Notes: generated by a model not told the origin, from the sequence alone. DNA of 64,000 nt from Gonapodya sp. JEL0774 (GCA_027604505.1 JADIIX010000078.1:1-64000); one strand, 5' to 3'; counted from the stretch's first letter, positions 47,467-61,105 are shown. Made by a program: numbers and translations.

Positions 47467-49158
47467 TCACACATCGTTCAACAATGAGGAAGATTTCTGA
47501 ATCCCTTTTATATCAGAGGAAGGTCCGTCGGTATCCACCTTGTCAAACTCCTCGATGAGCTTGACCTGTGCAGCTGCTTCCAAGGGAACATCATCGAAAA
47601 ACCAATTTTCAACAATAAACCGAATGCACTGTAGTACAGTCGATCTTTCCCGATGTATCTCTTTTCCAAGCAGCTAGTGACCGAATGTAACACCTTAACG
47701 CATGCATTGTCAAACCTTAAAGAGAATTGAACCCACCATTTGAAGAAGTGTTTTCCGCTTGGCTCCCATGTCTGATGGTTTCCTCAGGGCAGCGGGGTCC
47801 TTGAATTTCCTCGCTGGCGAAGCTGTATCGTTTATACCGTCATCAGTAAGTTTGGACGTGGGCTCACGAATGTGGCTGAACCTGCAGCGTCTGCCCATCT
47901 GACATCGTCCTCGTTGGAAATATTTGCAAAGAGGGCGATCATTGGAAGCACCAGCAAACCTAGTTTCCGACCGCATTTCACCTCCCCCTGCCTGCGCAGC
48001 ACGATGGGCTCCTCTGTCTCGACCCCTTCCATCACGAGGCACCAATTCTCCGCGTTTCCGTTTTTCCTCCTCTTCTTCCATCTTGCGCTTTACATTGGAG
48101 TCCGAGGGCCAGTGCTTTTTACGATCAGCTAACCACTTTGCAATGTCCTCCGGTGTATCAAGGCGAATCGAAGGTGGCAACAGGATTGGGAGGCCAATCC
48201 CGTCAGGTTTAGATTTGAGGGCTGACAGTCTGGCCGCCGGGTTAGAGGGTGAAACTGGAGCATGGCGTTTAACAATATTCTCATCATCGTTCTTCTGTAT
48301 GTGATCAGAACTTGCGGCAACGCCAGAGGTTCCCAATAATGGCCGAGAATTGCTGAGATCCACAAACAAATTCGAAGCATTCAGACCCATCATTTGTTGA
48401 TGTAATTCATGAGCTTGGGAGAGTGCCGTCGCTGCATCTATCGGGTTTGGGACAATGTCGCCACCTTGCCAGGAAGATGTCAGCTTTTCGTAAGAAAGCA
48501 CGGCAGAACCTTCGTCCACGTCTGAGTATTCCCCTTCTTCTTTATCTACTTGGCGTTGTTTGCGCATTTGTTCGTTTGGATCATCTTCTTCCCTCTTCCG
48601 CTTGGGTCTGGTTTCCCCGTCGTGGAAGTCTCTCACGTGGGTTTCCACAATAGCCCGGCCAGCCGCAAAGGCACAGAGTGGGCATTGGATATGGGAAGCA
48701 ATGTGTGTTTCCAGGGCTTCCGGATAAACAAAATCCTTGTCGCAAGGAGGGCATCGACAGGGGTGTTTTTGCCCAAACGATGCGGCACCCCAGAGCACGG
48801 AAGACTCTTGACTAATGAACGAGCCATTCTGTTGATTTGGTAACTGCCATCCGACAGATGAGAGGTGGGGCGAATTGTGCCATGATTGAGGGATGGAAAC
48901 GGTGCTCAGAGAAGCGGTTTGGGAACCCGAATGCTGCCTCAAACTAGTTACGGTGGAGTTAAAACCGCCACTATAACTTCCGCGATGAGGAGTTCCACGG
49001 TCGCCAGTTCCTCGTCCTCTACCACTATGAGCCCGGCCGGCTCCAGTAGCCCAGCCTTGGTGACCTCTGGGCGTCCTTCCGTCTCCCCTCCATCGTGTAG
49101 GGTTCCCTCGCGATTGTCTCTGAGGTGGCAGAGGCGGTGGGGAAAAGTGTGGGAACAT
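47467..49158 (-). CDS. NUFIP1: Box C/D snoRNP assembly factor NUFIP1/Rsa1-like with C2H2 and CCCH zinc fingers
   Basis: PEP domain DTPEDIAKWLADRKKHWPS; C2H2-type fingers; CCCH finger CKYFQRGRCQMGRRCRFSH; last exon LLGKEIHRERSTVLQCIRFIVENWFF. Confidence 0.82.
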
Positions 49159-49223
49159 GTTTTGTTTGGACGCATACAAAATGTTGGGGGTTGTGGTAGG
49201 CAATCAAAATCAACAAAATAAAT

Positions 49224-51289
49224 TCACAATTTTAGAACATTTGTGTGGCTGGTGCTACTGCTAACTGCACTCGTAGTTCCCTCTGAGGAACCCGGGGATT
49301 GTGGTGAAGGGGGGGCGCTGGTTCCAACCCTCCTCGAGTTGCGAGACCCTCTTGCTCCAGATATGGCAGCCACTAGATTTGCAGTTGCAGTTAGACCCTC
49401 GAGAGCATCGACAGCACTGCGAGGTCCTTGATTGCCCACCGCAGGACCACCCCCTGCAACGACACCTCCTCCCACTACGCCTTTGCGGGGAATGTCCAGA
49501 AGTAACAGTATTTGCGCCTGTAGTTGGTGGCACATGGCTCGAAGGCCGTGAATCTCATCCCTGACTTTCACACTCTCGTTCATGATGGCAACGTTGTTGC
49601 GAAGCTCCGTAGTTTCAAGTTGCCCCCGCAGGGCAGCAACCTCGTTCGACAAGCGCTCATTCTCCGCAGCAAGCTCTTGTATAGCAAAGGGCGGTATGCC
49701 GACATCGAGAGGAGGGTACCGTAATACACCCACAGAAAGTTGTGATGTGTCCGGTGGGATTCCTGAAATGAAGCCCTCAGGATGCAAGTTCATATCCGCA
49801 GTGAGAATGTCCTCTACATTCCAAGTACCTTCACTTGCATCAAGGCCTCGAGGCATGTTTCCGTCATCTTGCTGTGAGAGAGATACCCGCGTGCTCCTTG
49901 TTTGTCCTGTTGTCGCAACGTTGAATTGCTGCCGTAATGTAGTCAGTTCCGTCGTCAACAAGAACATCTGCTTCCGAAGCGCTTCATTTTCCCTCGTCAA
50001 CCGCTCATTCACAACACGCTGTTTATCCAGATGCCCCTTGATAGCCTCGTAAGGGCACCGTGGGAGATGCTCGGAAAGCATGAGACGCTGGCCGTTCCAA
50101 GAACACCCAAAACTTGAATGGACACACGACGTGGGAAAGTTTGGGCACATAGTGGATGTGTGAGTGCCAACAAGGCGGCGCTCAAGTTGAACTTCACAGT
50201 GAGGACACGAAACTACCTCGGCAGGACATTGTGATGAATGCGTCTGACGTACATTGGGAATAAGTTCGATTGAGACACCCACCGAAGCAGGTCTTCCACA
50301 AGGAAACTCACCGACAGTTCGTTCCATCGTAAAGTCTCCTTGCAGTCGTCGCACTCCAACTCCCTCCATTCACACGCCCGCAAATGCCTCTCCCATTCCA
50401 TTTTCGAGACAATTTTGCCGCATCCCGGATTTGGACATTGGTTTGAGGCATATTCGCATTCGGCGCGAACATGTGACTTGAGAAACTGTCGTTGGCACTG
50501 AAAGTCACATCCTCCAGAACGAAATGGGCAGCGAACACGAAGCTCATTGAGCATATTTGCAATTATACGGTCGGCCGGGTGCAGATCGGGAGATCCGACA
50601 ACGGTCGATGAAGAGGATATTGCAGCGGGAGATGTCGTTGTAGCTGTACCGTCTGTGAACGGCTGCGGAGGTCGTAAGGGGGTGCGGTCGACGGGGCACT
50701 TTCCAGAGGAGTTGATAGCTCTGGAGATGCAGTGCTCACAGAAGGTGTGGCTATACCCGAAGCCCCCAAACTCCTCTTAAGAATCACACTCTCTGAGAAG
50801 GAAAACGGTGCTCCTTACCCGCACACAGTCTTCACGGGTGACAGCATTGGATTATGGCATACGTGACAAATGAGATGTTGACTGATCTTCTCCTCGTCCA
50901 CATAGTCTGTTGTTGACGATTGTGACATTCAGATGGGTTTCAAGCAAAGCTCACAATCCAGGTAACGTACCATATGAGTCGCTTCCAGCAAACATCGCGT
51001 CAACGTCCAACGAAAACTGGACTCCTGGCGATTCGGAAGTAAATCTTCCGGCTCCACTCCTCCCGGAATCAGCAACGGTAGAAGATTGAACTCCGACATC
51101 AGTCTGATGGTCAAAAATCATCAACTCTGAAGCATCGGACTCTCTCGCTCGTGATCGCTCAAGTTGCCGGTCGGTTTCGACCTGGAGACGGTCACGCGCT
51201 CCTGGGGTGGATGGGCGAGCCTGGGAAGATCGGCGACGACGAGGCGTGCCATCGTTATCACTTGCAGAGATTTCGTAGTTTGAGCTCAT
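49224..51289 (-). CDS. RING-finger plus TRAF-type zinc-finger protein (putative E3 ligase; no MATH domain seen)
   Basis: LICHVCHNPMLSPVKTVCG/HTFCEHCISRA...CPVDR RING; LNELRVRCP and repeated CxxxGC...H..C TRAF fingers; C-terminal coiled coils. Confidence 0.82.
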
Positions 51290-51395
51290 GCCGTGATTGA
51301 ACTTTTTCGCGCAGAGTGTACTATAGCAGAGAAGTGCGCATGTGACAAACTTTATACAAATATTTACAAGAATGGTGACATACATCTTCCAGTCC

Positions 51396-52237
51396 TCATT
51401 TGCGTCTCTTCCCTAGGCTACCACCTTTCTTCAGCGATTCCACTTTCCTGAGTGGTTTCTCTACCTCCCTCACAGATTCCCAGAAACCTAGGTTAGCTGG
51501 TAGAGATTCTCGTCTCTCCAGGAACATCGCCTTCACAGGATCTTCAAAGTCGAGGGGATTCTTGGGGAGTGGTTGGCAGAAGTAGTGGGCGGCATCGGCG
51601 AGTGTAACTATGGAGGTCAGGGAAGTTTGGGGAATGTCCACTCGGTTGAATTCGGCCATGGCAGATGACACGACCTGGAAAAAGCACGTAATCAATTCAA
51701 GAAATATAGCATCACAAGGATTCCTCATATGTGTGCGCACCCGGAATTTCAGTGATAAGTCCGAGAGCTCAAACTGCAGCCAATCCGAAGTAGTCTCCTC
51801 CACTGGAATACCATTTTCAGCAGCTATGCGCTTAAATGCAATGTGCGATTCTCCTCGAGTGGGTACAATTGGTGGCAGAAGTCCCCGCGGAGAGCTTGTT
51901 GAGACAAAAAGGCCGATTTCCACGTCGAAGGGCAGTCACAGCTTAGGCGCGAAAACATCTGTCAAAAATACCTTTGCGTGTGCTCCTCATTTTCCATTAC
52001 AATTTGTTCTGGTAGCCGTGGTGGTACTGAGGAAAACTGTCGTCGACCCCAAGGTCGACAGGTTTCTCGATCGTCGGCGGACAGTGTGATTATAGTTCTA
52101 CATTGTGAGTTTTTTGGTGTCATGTGCAGATGGAGACGCAAATTGTCACAGCTGGACTGTCTCAGTGGGGGGTTTGACATAGAAGTTCGCTTCCGATGAA
52201 CCAGGGGCGATGAAAAGAGACGCCTGCAGGCCTGCAT
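51396..52237 (-). CDS. Mitochondrial ribosomal protein mL50-like
   Basis: Arg-rich leader; DWLQFELSDLSLKFR/VVSSAMAEFNRVDIPQTSLTSIVTLADAAHYF...LPANL fits the Ribosomal_L50 pattern (L.D..LKF...P...L...LP.NL). Confidence 0.7.
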
Positions 52238-52879
52238 AGTGATTCTGCGATTTGTTGTTTCAACGGTTGCAGTAGAAGTTCGGACGGTAAAGGTTCAATC
52301 AACAGGTCATAAACAGATCTTGATAGCGAAATCGATTCCGCGCGAAATCCGCAAGTAGGACCTCAGAAAAGTCAATGTAATCTTTGCGACTCCGAGAGTA
52401 AGTGGATGACACCTCGTTGCACCATTTCACCGCCGAAAGAGACACATCTCTTTGGCTGCGAACGTGTGTAGACTACCTCTACAACGCAACAAAGAACAGA
52501 GCCCGTATGCCCTCGTTCAACCACTCCATATGACACCCCAGTCGCATCTGGATCCCAATACGAGACCCGGAGAAACTGAACTGCCAGGTATGAGTAGCAC
52601 GCCACTCGGCGAATGGATTGAACTGATGTCTCATCTCCGGTTCCCTTGGCATCTGCGAGGTGCTGCGTCAACACACCTGGTAAGAATTTAAAACGTGTAT
52701 GACTGTAAACTGGTGTGGGATGGGCAGATTAATGTAAGTTGGAGTTGTCGGAAGAAAACAAAACTGTGGTGTCACATGAGCAGTTTGATGGCGCACGGTC
52801 AACAACTGTTCGTGCAACAGTCCAATCTGGCATTTGAGCAGAGGAATCAAACCATCGAATCCACAATATTCCGAAAAAC

Positions 52880-54467
52880 ATGGGCGTGATAGGTTTCTTT
52901 AGAGTGCTTGTGCTGGGTGGAGGCGTCAGCGTGTGCGTGCCCCATTCGCCTGCTTCCCAGTGAACAAGCATTCGCGGTTGACACTTTGCCCATTGGCGGG
53001 TCTTTGAATCAGTATCATGCTTGTTCTAAACATTTTTCAAGTAAGTGATAATCTACCTTGCGCCTGGCTAATGAAAGTTTGGCGGATGCACAACTCGAAG
53101 CTCCTGCTTGGTTCCTCAGGTTCTTAGTCTACCACTCCAATTCACGCACTCTGGCCGTTTATGGGTCACCAAGTGGTCTAGTTACGCTGCCGGATTTATA
53201 TGGTATATTATGTCGTCAACGTTCGAGAAGATTCATGGTATGCCCGTGACGTTCAGTGGGGACAAGGTGACTTAGTTTCTTCGCGAACGCGAATGGAAGG
53301 CCAGTGGTAATGTGCTCATGCCAATTACGCTATTTAGCTCCCAGATGGGGAATCGGCGATATTTCTCCCGAATCACCAGGGTTTTGTGGACTTCAGTGAG
53401 TTTCTTGAGGGGTTGAATCCCTCGTGATAGTAAACATGAGACTTTGGTTTCATCGCAGACCTCGTGAACTCTGCTGCAATCCGTCACAAAATGCTTCCTA
53501 ATTGCAAATACTTTGTGAAGGATTCAATTAAATGGATGCCCTTCTTTGGCTGGGGTAAGGCTCGTTCTTGTCGATAATAATGCAAATCCTAGTTATGACA
53601 CCGCGGTGTGATCTCCGTCTGCCTACTAGGAATGTACATGATGGGCATGATCTTCTTGAAACGAAACTGGGACAAGGACCAGGAGAATGTTGAGAAGGCA
53701 TTTGGATACATCAAAGACAACCGCATTCCAGTGTGGCTTATTTCATATCTTGAAGGGACGAGAATGACGCCTCAGAAGCTGATAGAGGTACATATACTTC
53801 TTGAGTTAGCACTGCAATCAACTGGCCAGTATCCGTGACTGTTTGAACGCACCACGTCCCTCCATCAATTGCAGAGCCAAGAATTCGCGAAGAAGCGGAA
53901 CCTGCCATTGCTTAAACATGTACTTCTCCCGAGGACGAAAGGATTCATATCCACGGTCACTGCACTTCGTGGGTCGCACGTCAATGCAGTAGTGAGTCTT
54001 CAAGCCCTTGATTGGTTTGTCAAACGGTTATCATGAATATTCACCCAATCGCTCGTGGTAGTATGATGCAGTATTTGTGAGTTGCAACATGGACCGGAAG
54101 TTCCAACCAACAACACTCACTCAAAACACATCGTTGAGATCCGCAGGTATACCGTCACCGCAGCGGGGCACTAAATAGAATTCCTTCTCTTGTTCGCGTC
54201 TACAGCGGATCTCTTGTGCCCGACTATGAGGTGCACATCCACATTCGTCGATTCCCTCTCGACTCCCTTCCAAACGATGAGGCTGGCCTTAACGCATGGG
54301 TTATGGACCGATGGGTTGAGAAAGACAAAATATTGGAACGTATTAAGGATAAATGGACGGTTGGGCTGGAGGGACTGGGTGATGGAGGGCCATGGAGCTC
54401 TGTGTGGGACAGCGGACTGTGGTCGGACTCTTTAGGTGGGGTAAATAAAAAGCCGAAGACGAACTAA
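52880..54467 (+). CDS. Lysophospholipid acyltransferase (LCLAT1/AGPAT-like PlsC family)
   Basis: NHQGFVD (HX4D), FVKDSIKWMPFFGWG, IFLKRNWDKD, YLEGTR, HVLLPRTKGF and a C-terminal KxKxx (KPKTN). Confidence 0.88.
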
Positions 54468-54522
54468 TGACACATAATTGTATTGGCCGCGAAAAAGAAC
54501 ACAACCAAACTACAAAGAATGA

Positions 54523-55554
54523 TCAGGCCTTTTTGGCCACACCTAATTATACCCAGAGAAAGTTGTGGCATGAGCCACAAAACGAAATAAATTTGAGCCT
54601 TTCTGTACTCACGCTCCACATCCCTAAGTGCCTGTTTCAAGATCGAATCTTGGGCCTCCGGAGACTCCAACTGGGCGGTGACTCGGTCGATGACGTACTG
54701 CGCGACCTCACGCTGCCGGCGCTCCCGGACAGACGCCTCGTAGCGAACCCAGCCGTCAAGCGTGGAGCGGATTTCATTCTGAAGGGCGACCTGTTGCTTC
54801 AGCTCATAGGCCTCAGCCTCGAGGTGTGCAATTTCCTGATGAGCGTAGAACATTCATACCAGTGAGCGAAACATCAAAACCATTCCAAACGTGTAGGCCC
54901 ACACGAATAGACCGGAAGTGGATCTTTTTGTGTGGATTCATGTACTGTTGAACCCACCCTGGAGACCTCGTACAGGTTCTTGGTAACTCCCACAACATCT
55001 CCAAGCTTGCTAACATGGTCAAGCCTCTCCTCCACGACAGCTTTGTGGTCTTCACGGGCCTGCACTAGAATGTCGTTGATTCTCTGGTGCACATGATGTA
55101 CGTGAGAGAAACTCGTGTTAGGTCAAAAGTTTGCTTTACTGGAAGATTGTGCGCGGACCTTCTTCTGATCCTCGAATATTTGGAGGAGCATGTCCTTCAG
55201 ATTCAGATAGGCAATGGTGAACGCGCCCACCATGGGAATGGCTTCAAGAGTCTCGACGTCAAAGATGTAAACCTCCTTTGACACAACGTACGCCGCAACA
55301 GAGGCTGCGACGGAGATGAATCCTGCCTTGTGGGCAAGAGTTTTACCCGGGGCTAAGTTCACAAGGTTGAGAGCCACTTGCTCCGGAGCAGGCTTCGCCT
55401 GTGTTGACTGGAGACGACGAGCGGGGAGGAGAGCTGAAGAGGAGGCAGGCAAGACAGCTCGGATGAAGATTGGGGCAGAAGAGTTCTTCTGCATAGCGGC
55501 TGAAGTCCAAAATCCATAAGGATACGTAGTTCAACCGAAGGGTAGTGATTTCAT
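54523..55554 (-). CDS. ATP4: Mitochondrial ATP synthase peripheral-stalk subunit b
   Basis: SKEVYIFDVETLE, AREDHKAVVEERLDHV, LEAEAYELKQQV...LDGWVRYEASVRERRQRE. The start is either 55554 (short exon MKSLPF) or 55494. Confidence 0.92.
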
Positions 55555-55917
55555 TTTTGGTCGCGACGACCGAGTGGGTTTGCAATGCAAAGTCAGGGAA
55601 AGAAAAAGACAGCAAAAGTTGCATATAGTATGAGTGCCATTCGAAGAACAGCCGCATGGTTGTGGTGAAGTTCGGTGTTCATGGGAAGGAGAAGAAGAAC
55701 CGACAGGAGTGGAATAGTGAGTGAGAGTCTTCCGGTTTCTCAGCGTACGCTTTCGAATCAATCGCGATACGCACCCGCAGCCGTGCGCATTGCGGCCATG
55801 TTCCTGTATTGCCCGCTGTTCTCGACAGAGACGACGAGGAAAATATGTGGCAAAGCCTCCCACACTCTGAGTCCGCATACCCAAAGTCTTGTCTGCAAAA
55901 CTTGCCATCAAAAGCCA

Positions 55918-56319
55918 ATGTCGCGAACAGCGAAACTAACATTTGGAGCTTCGATTGTTTGGCTGGGAGTTTGTGTGATCGGAGTACATCTCATGAAGGA
56001 GAGGGAACACGTGGTATTTTGATTCCCCGTTCAGTCTGAATCGATTTCTGTTCTGAACCCGTCTCTTTCCATATATCTGGGATTGCTGTTACCATTACGC
56101 TCTATTGCACCGTTTGCTGATGCCCTCGCCGTCATCTCTTGCCCTCCCTCACCAAAATCTAAGGCAATGCGAGCGAATATTTTGAAGTTTGATGCCGAAC
56201 GAGAAGTCCGGCGGCAAATGAACATAATAGAACATGATGAGATGATGCGGAAGCGAGAAGTGTTGCAGGAGGAACAAACGCTGACTAACAGGACAGCACG
56301 AGTCAATGCTGGACTTTGA
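55918..56319 (+). CDS. PET117: Cytochrome c oxidase assembly factor Pet117
   Basis: MSRTAKLTFGASIVWLGVCVIGVHLMKEREHV/AMRANILKFDAEREVRRQMNIIEH matches the MSRxSKxTF...VxGVH pattern. Confidence 0.8.
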
Positions 56320-56469
56320 CTGCTCCAGAACTTCTGATTGTTTTCGGCATCTGAGCATTATTTGAACGATGTACTGTCTGTATAATTGTAAATAGCATCG
56401 CACTCCCAGCTTCCGCTTCTGTTTGTTCTTGGCAGTACAGTATACATACACGTCAATAAAATAGTAATT

Positions 56470-59400
56470 TCAATCTGCATAAACTGTCGCCCCAAAAATT
56501 ATTGCGAGCTTCTCAGCCAGCTTGCTCTTGATCTTTCGGCGATCTGGCCCGTCTGGATCACCGATGTTCATGAATAGACGTTGCTTGGATGCCATGTCCG
56601 GGCACCGAGCAATGGCGGCATGCAAGCTGAAGATATGAGAAAATCAATTGACTGCTTCTCCTTGACACAAATGTGAGTTCCAAGTGAACAGCGCGCATAC
56701 CTGCAAGGTGTCGGATACTCCTTCGCGATTGCTTTCGCCTTTTCTGCACTAACTCCTTTGCAAGTCAGAAGGGTTTTAAGCCATTGGTTGAGGACGTTAT
56801 CTGTGGCTTTGGAATTGACGATGTTAAACGACTTGAATGGTAGGTGGTATCGTTTTCCGTCCTGCTCTTCTCGCTCCGACCGTACACTATGAAAATGGAG
56901 CTTGTCGATCGCTTCCGGAGGCATTACGTAGAGATCTTTACCCTTGAATACCCAAGAAGACCGAGTCTGGTCTGAAACAAATAGTTCCTGTCAGACGAAG
57001 AACAGCTCCAAACTCACTCGATAAATTTCCTCGATCATCTTCGTCATGGACGCTAAATGTTTAATGGTCTCTTCCATTGTGTGCGTATGCTTGATGAAGA
57101 ACCCGTGTGACACTATGTTCTCCACCATTGCCGTGAAAGTAGATCGCATCCATTTCCCCTCATCGGTTGTGATTAAACGGTTCTCATAGTCAATTTTACC
57201 TTCAATAAGATAGTTGACGTTCGCAAGTCCGCAGTTGGAGAGACGGAACTGTGATCGCCGTGAGGGGATATGTCCATAGAAGGCCCACTTGAAATTTGAT
57301 AGTGGTTATTTACCTTCTGCTCCTTGAAACGTCCATCTTTAATACTGGCCACTAAATCCTCGACCGTTTTCCGTTCCAAAATGTAGTCGAGGACAATCTC
57401 CTCTGTGTCATCTCCTGAAGAGAACACACAAAAATGAGTGCATTGTTCCATCCCTCCATCCACCGAACCCACCTGATAACACCCCTTTCTTCTTGGCGAT
57501 CCACATCACATCGCCAACGTGCAACACCTTGGTCTCCACCTTGATTCCAAATCTTGCCAAACCATCCTGGATATATTGCCGCTCTGCCTGTCCATGTCCT
57601 TTGCTCCGCACTTCACGCAAGTCCACTACACAATACACATCGTATGTGCCAGAGCGGATTATGTGAGAGGGTCCCGTCCAGCGCCGCACAGTGGGGGCGG
57701 GCGGGCGGTAAGGAAGAGGAGCTGGGACTCCGTCAAGACTCTTTGCACCCGAGTGCGAGCCCAATGGAAATGTGGTGGTGGTGTGGGAGCCACCGCTTGA
57801 GGGTGGTGCAACAGAGATAATGGGTACAGGTACGCGATTCGACCGTAGGAGCTTTGAGCGGTCTGTACGGAACAGTTTTGCCACCATTCTGAGCCCCATG
57901 GCTTCATCAACTACTATCGGGAAACGTGCACTCACTCGCCATATTCAGTCCACTCGCCACATCCGGGGCATGCTGGTCGCAGAAGAACCCGTATAACAAT
58001 CCCTCAGCGTCAGGGACGATGCTCCTTCGCTCAATGTTAAGAACCAGAGGGTGAGCGGCATGGGATTGGTGATAGCAAAGCTTGAATAGTAGCGTAGATC
58101 CTATCAATCGGGTATGAGGACGTTTGGCTAGAGTAAACCGATACTCTGGAAATTTCCTTACCCTTCATCTCAACATCTGCCTCGTCCTTCCTCGACACTC
58201 GCTTAGTCCCATCTTTGACATACGAGAAAGCAAAACTGGCTTCCACGATATCGTGTACTGGAACAACTGTCACCTCACCGGCAAGTCCACGACTGCTAGA
58301 TGCACATCCACTCAATGCAGAAAGACCCCCGCCACCAGATCTCGACTCGGATTGGGACCGTACATTCGATGGTTCATCAATGTTCACTGTCGGTGGCGCT
58401 CCAAACCGATCGTCGTCGGCTTCGGGTTCAAACCGCATTACGGCGTCCCGATCACCCGCGTAATCTTCTTCGTCGGAATCCAAATTAATCACTACGGGTG
58501 CGTCTTTTCTTTCGTTGAGAGGCACTTTGGATACCCCGTGCCACGACGACCATCGAGGACCATCGTTTGTCGCATAATTGGGCTCGATGATTTCTTCAGT
58601 CGTAAGGTCATAAACAACGGACGAGGCAGAGGACGCTGACGATCCGGACCATGACGACGAGATAGCGGTCGGCTGCCGCGATGTGAGTGGCATTCGAGTG
58701 GGAGCGGATGAGAAGGGAAGAGCGGGAGTGGGTAAAGGTGGAGCAAACGTAAACTCAAACGGGGGAGTGCAGGAAGTGGTACGTGACTTTCCCTCTCGAA
58801 GAGATTCATCGGAGAGGCGGTGGAGGCGAATTGCAGCGGACGAAGTGGTAGTGACACTTGTGGTGGGCAGAATGGAAGGGCTAGGGGGTGGAGCCTGGCG
58901 GGAGGAAGAAAATGGGTGACATCGAAGCAAAGAGTATCCCGATAGTCGGTCACCAACCATATCCGCCATCACCCCATCCCTATCAGCTAGTCCCAGCACC
59001 ATTAGTGTGCGTTCTCTTTCGGCTCCCGGCAATTCGAATGGGTTCCTGGTGGGAACCGGGACTTTGCCGCCTGGTCTGCGGATGCTCATCGCCGCCGCAA
59101 TGGCAGCAGCAGACGCTGAGGATGGTTCCCGTCCATGTGCCACACCTGGTACGAGAACGGGCTTGGATGCAGCGAGTCGCGCGGTAGCGGCAGCGGCAGC
59201 GGCAGCAGCAGCTTTGGAGGATGGGTTTCGGGAAGACGCTGATGGCGGTCTTGAGACCGTGGCTCTTCCAGTGGAACTCTGTCGACCATATGATGGTGGA
59301 GCTTCATACCCGTCATCGGAGGATCCGGACGATCCGCAATCGGAGTTGACGTCATCGGGACCGCCGCCCCGTCCATAGAACATGTCCATATCGATTTTAT

Positions 59401-61105
59401 GGCCGCCGCCACCATCACCGCGGTCATCTCCATCACGGAGCTTCCTAGCGTATTCGACTCCGGTGTCGGTCAGGTCGAATTTTTTCGGGTTGCTGGGAGG
59501 GAAGGATGGTCAAGACGGAACGTGGTACCAAATATCCCGCAAAATCCTGGGGGTTCCTCGCGAAAACAACAACAGTGCGGTCCATTTGACGCATCATCAT
59601 CAAGAAAAACGAATATGAGGCAGAGATTTAGAGCAGGTCACTAGTCCTTCCAACAATTGATCTTGATTCTCAAGTCTTTCCAACCGCGGGTCACGATTCT
59701 AAGATGCTTCTGGCAAATGACACAGGGAATTTCCTCCACGATAAACAATGACATGTCCACAGGCACTCTCACAGTACACAATGACCCACCTCCACTCTCT
59801 GATAAGCAGATGTTTTAGCAGCGTCTTCTTGGACGACCATGGCGTATACTCGGACCCCGGGATAACTTTGTCCACCCTTCTGTCACAATATGGTTGCGCC
59901 AACCGGATCAGATCTCCCTTGAGGGTGTACCCCGGCCATCCTGGAGATTCTCGATCGTCGAGAAGGCCCAGAAGAATGGCGTATGCGCCAGAGCGGTAGG
60001 TGGCGACATAATCGCGGTTCGGGGATCGACGTTTCTTTTTAGTTCGGGCAGGGGCCTTGTGATTGCGTGGATTGCGCAGCGGTTGTGAGTGAGAAGGTGG
60101 AAGAAAAGTTCGCCCTTTTCAAGAATACTATCCGATCATGAGGTGCACCATCGTGACTCACCTCGTCCTCGTCAGTTTCATCAAGGAGTCTCATCTCATT
60201 TGAACGTTTAGGTGGAGCAGAGACCATCCCTCCTGTACCGGCACCACTTCCTGCACTACGACTTCCCGCACCATGCGTGACGGCAGCGTGCGGTGCTGGA
60301 AGAGGTAAGGACGCCAAATTGGCTGTACGTCCACTGCGGCCAGGCCCGGTACCTTTGCCTGATCCGCGTCCGCCACCACGACCACGGGATGCGGATGAGT
60401 CGAGTGCACGTTGAGCGGCGAGCGCGGCAGCGGCCGAGGCGGGGCGTGATTCTTGGGGATGCAGGGGTCGGGATACGGGGTGTTCGGGAGGAAGTTTAGC
60501 CTAGCAATCGATTCACGAGCTGCAAGCTCAGCCAGAAGAATAGAGTTCTAGTCCGAACAAGACATCTCGAACACTTTCAGCGATGAATTTCAAATACCCC
60601 GAGGCCGTCAAGTAGTTCGCAGTTCGTCTCCTCTTTTTGCGCACACGAACGTTCCCTTCCTTCTCTACGTCCTGTATTCAGACCGTGCACACCCAATGGC
60701 CCATGACAACTCACCCGCATCCGGTGGCGGTTCAATTTGACCATTCTCTGCCTCCCACTTGGCGAGCTCCCTCTGAAGCGAAGAAGCGATGTTGGGTCCA
60801 ATGCCGGCAACGTTCTTTTGGGCGTCTGTGTGGTCTCTGAGAATAAACTTGTACAGGCCCAGGTTACGGACCGCCTTTTATCCAAAAAGCAGGAGTGAGA
60901 AAGAGTGTGCATCCAGCAATAGAGTTGCGTTGGAACTCGGCACCAACTAGGAATCTCGGCGTGGAATGCAGACCTTCTTGTAGTTTGAAATTATGTGGTC
61001 GGATCTACCCCTCTCCTCTTCACGCTCAAGGAGATTGAGCAGACACTGGTACATGACCGGATTTGGACACGATGTCGGGCATTTTCTGTCTCCGCGGGGA
61101 GCCAT
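56470..61105 (-). CDS. MUS81: Structure-specific endonuclease Mus81
   Basis: N-terminal CPNP...VAGIGPNIA HhH; winged helix [16 protein letters not shown]4 nuclease [14 protein letters not shown] and [22 protein letters not shown]-terminal Hh[10 protein letters not shown]; long low-complexity insert. Confidence 0.92.

Noticed and set aside
52372..52879. Small gene upstream of the acyltransferase
   Set aside because: Splice-like signals exist but I could not build a coherent frame; it may be a spliced 5'-UTR.
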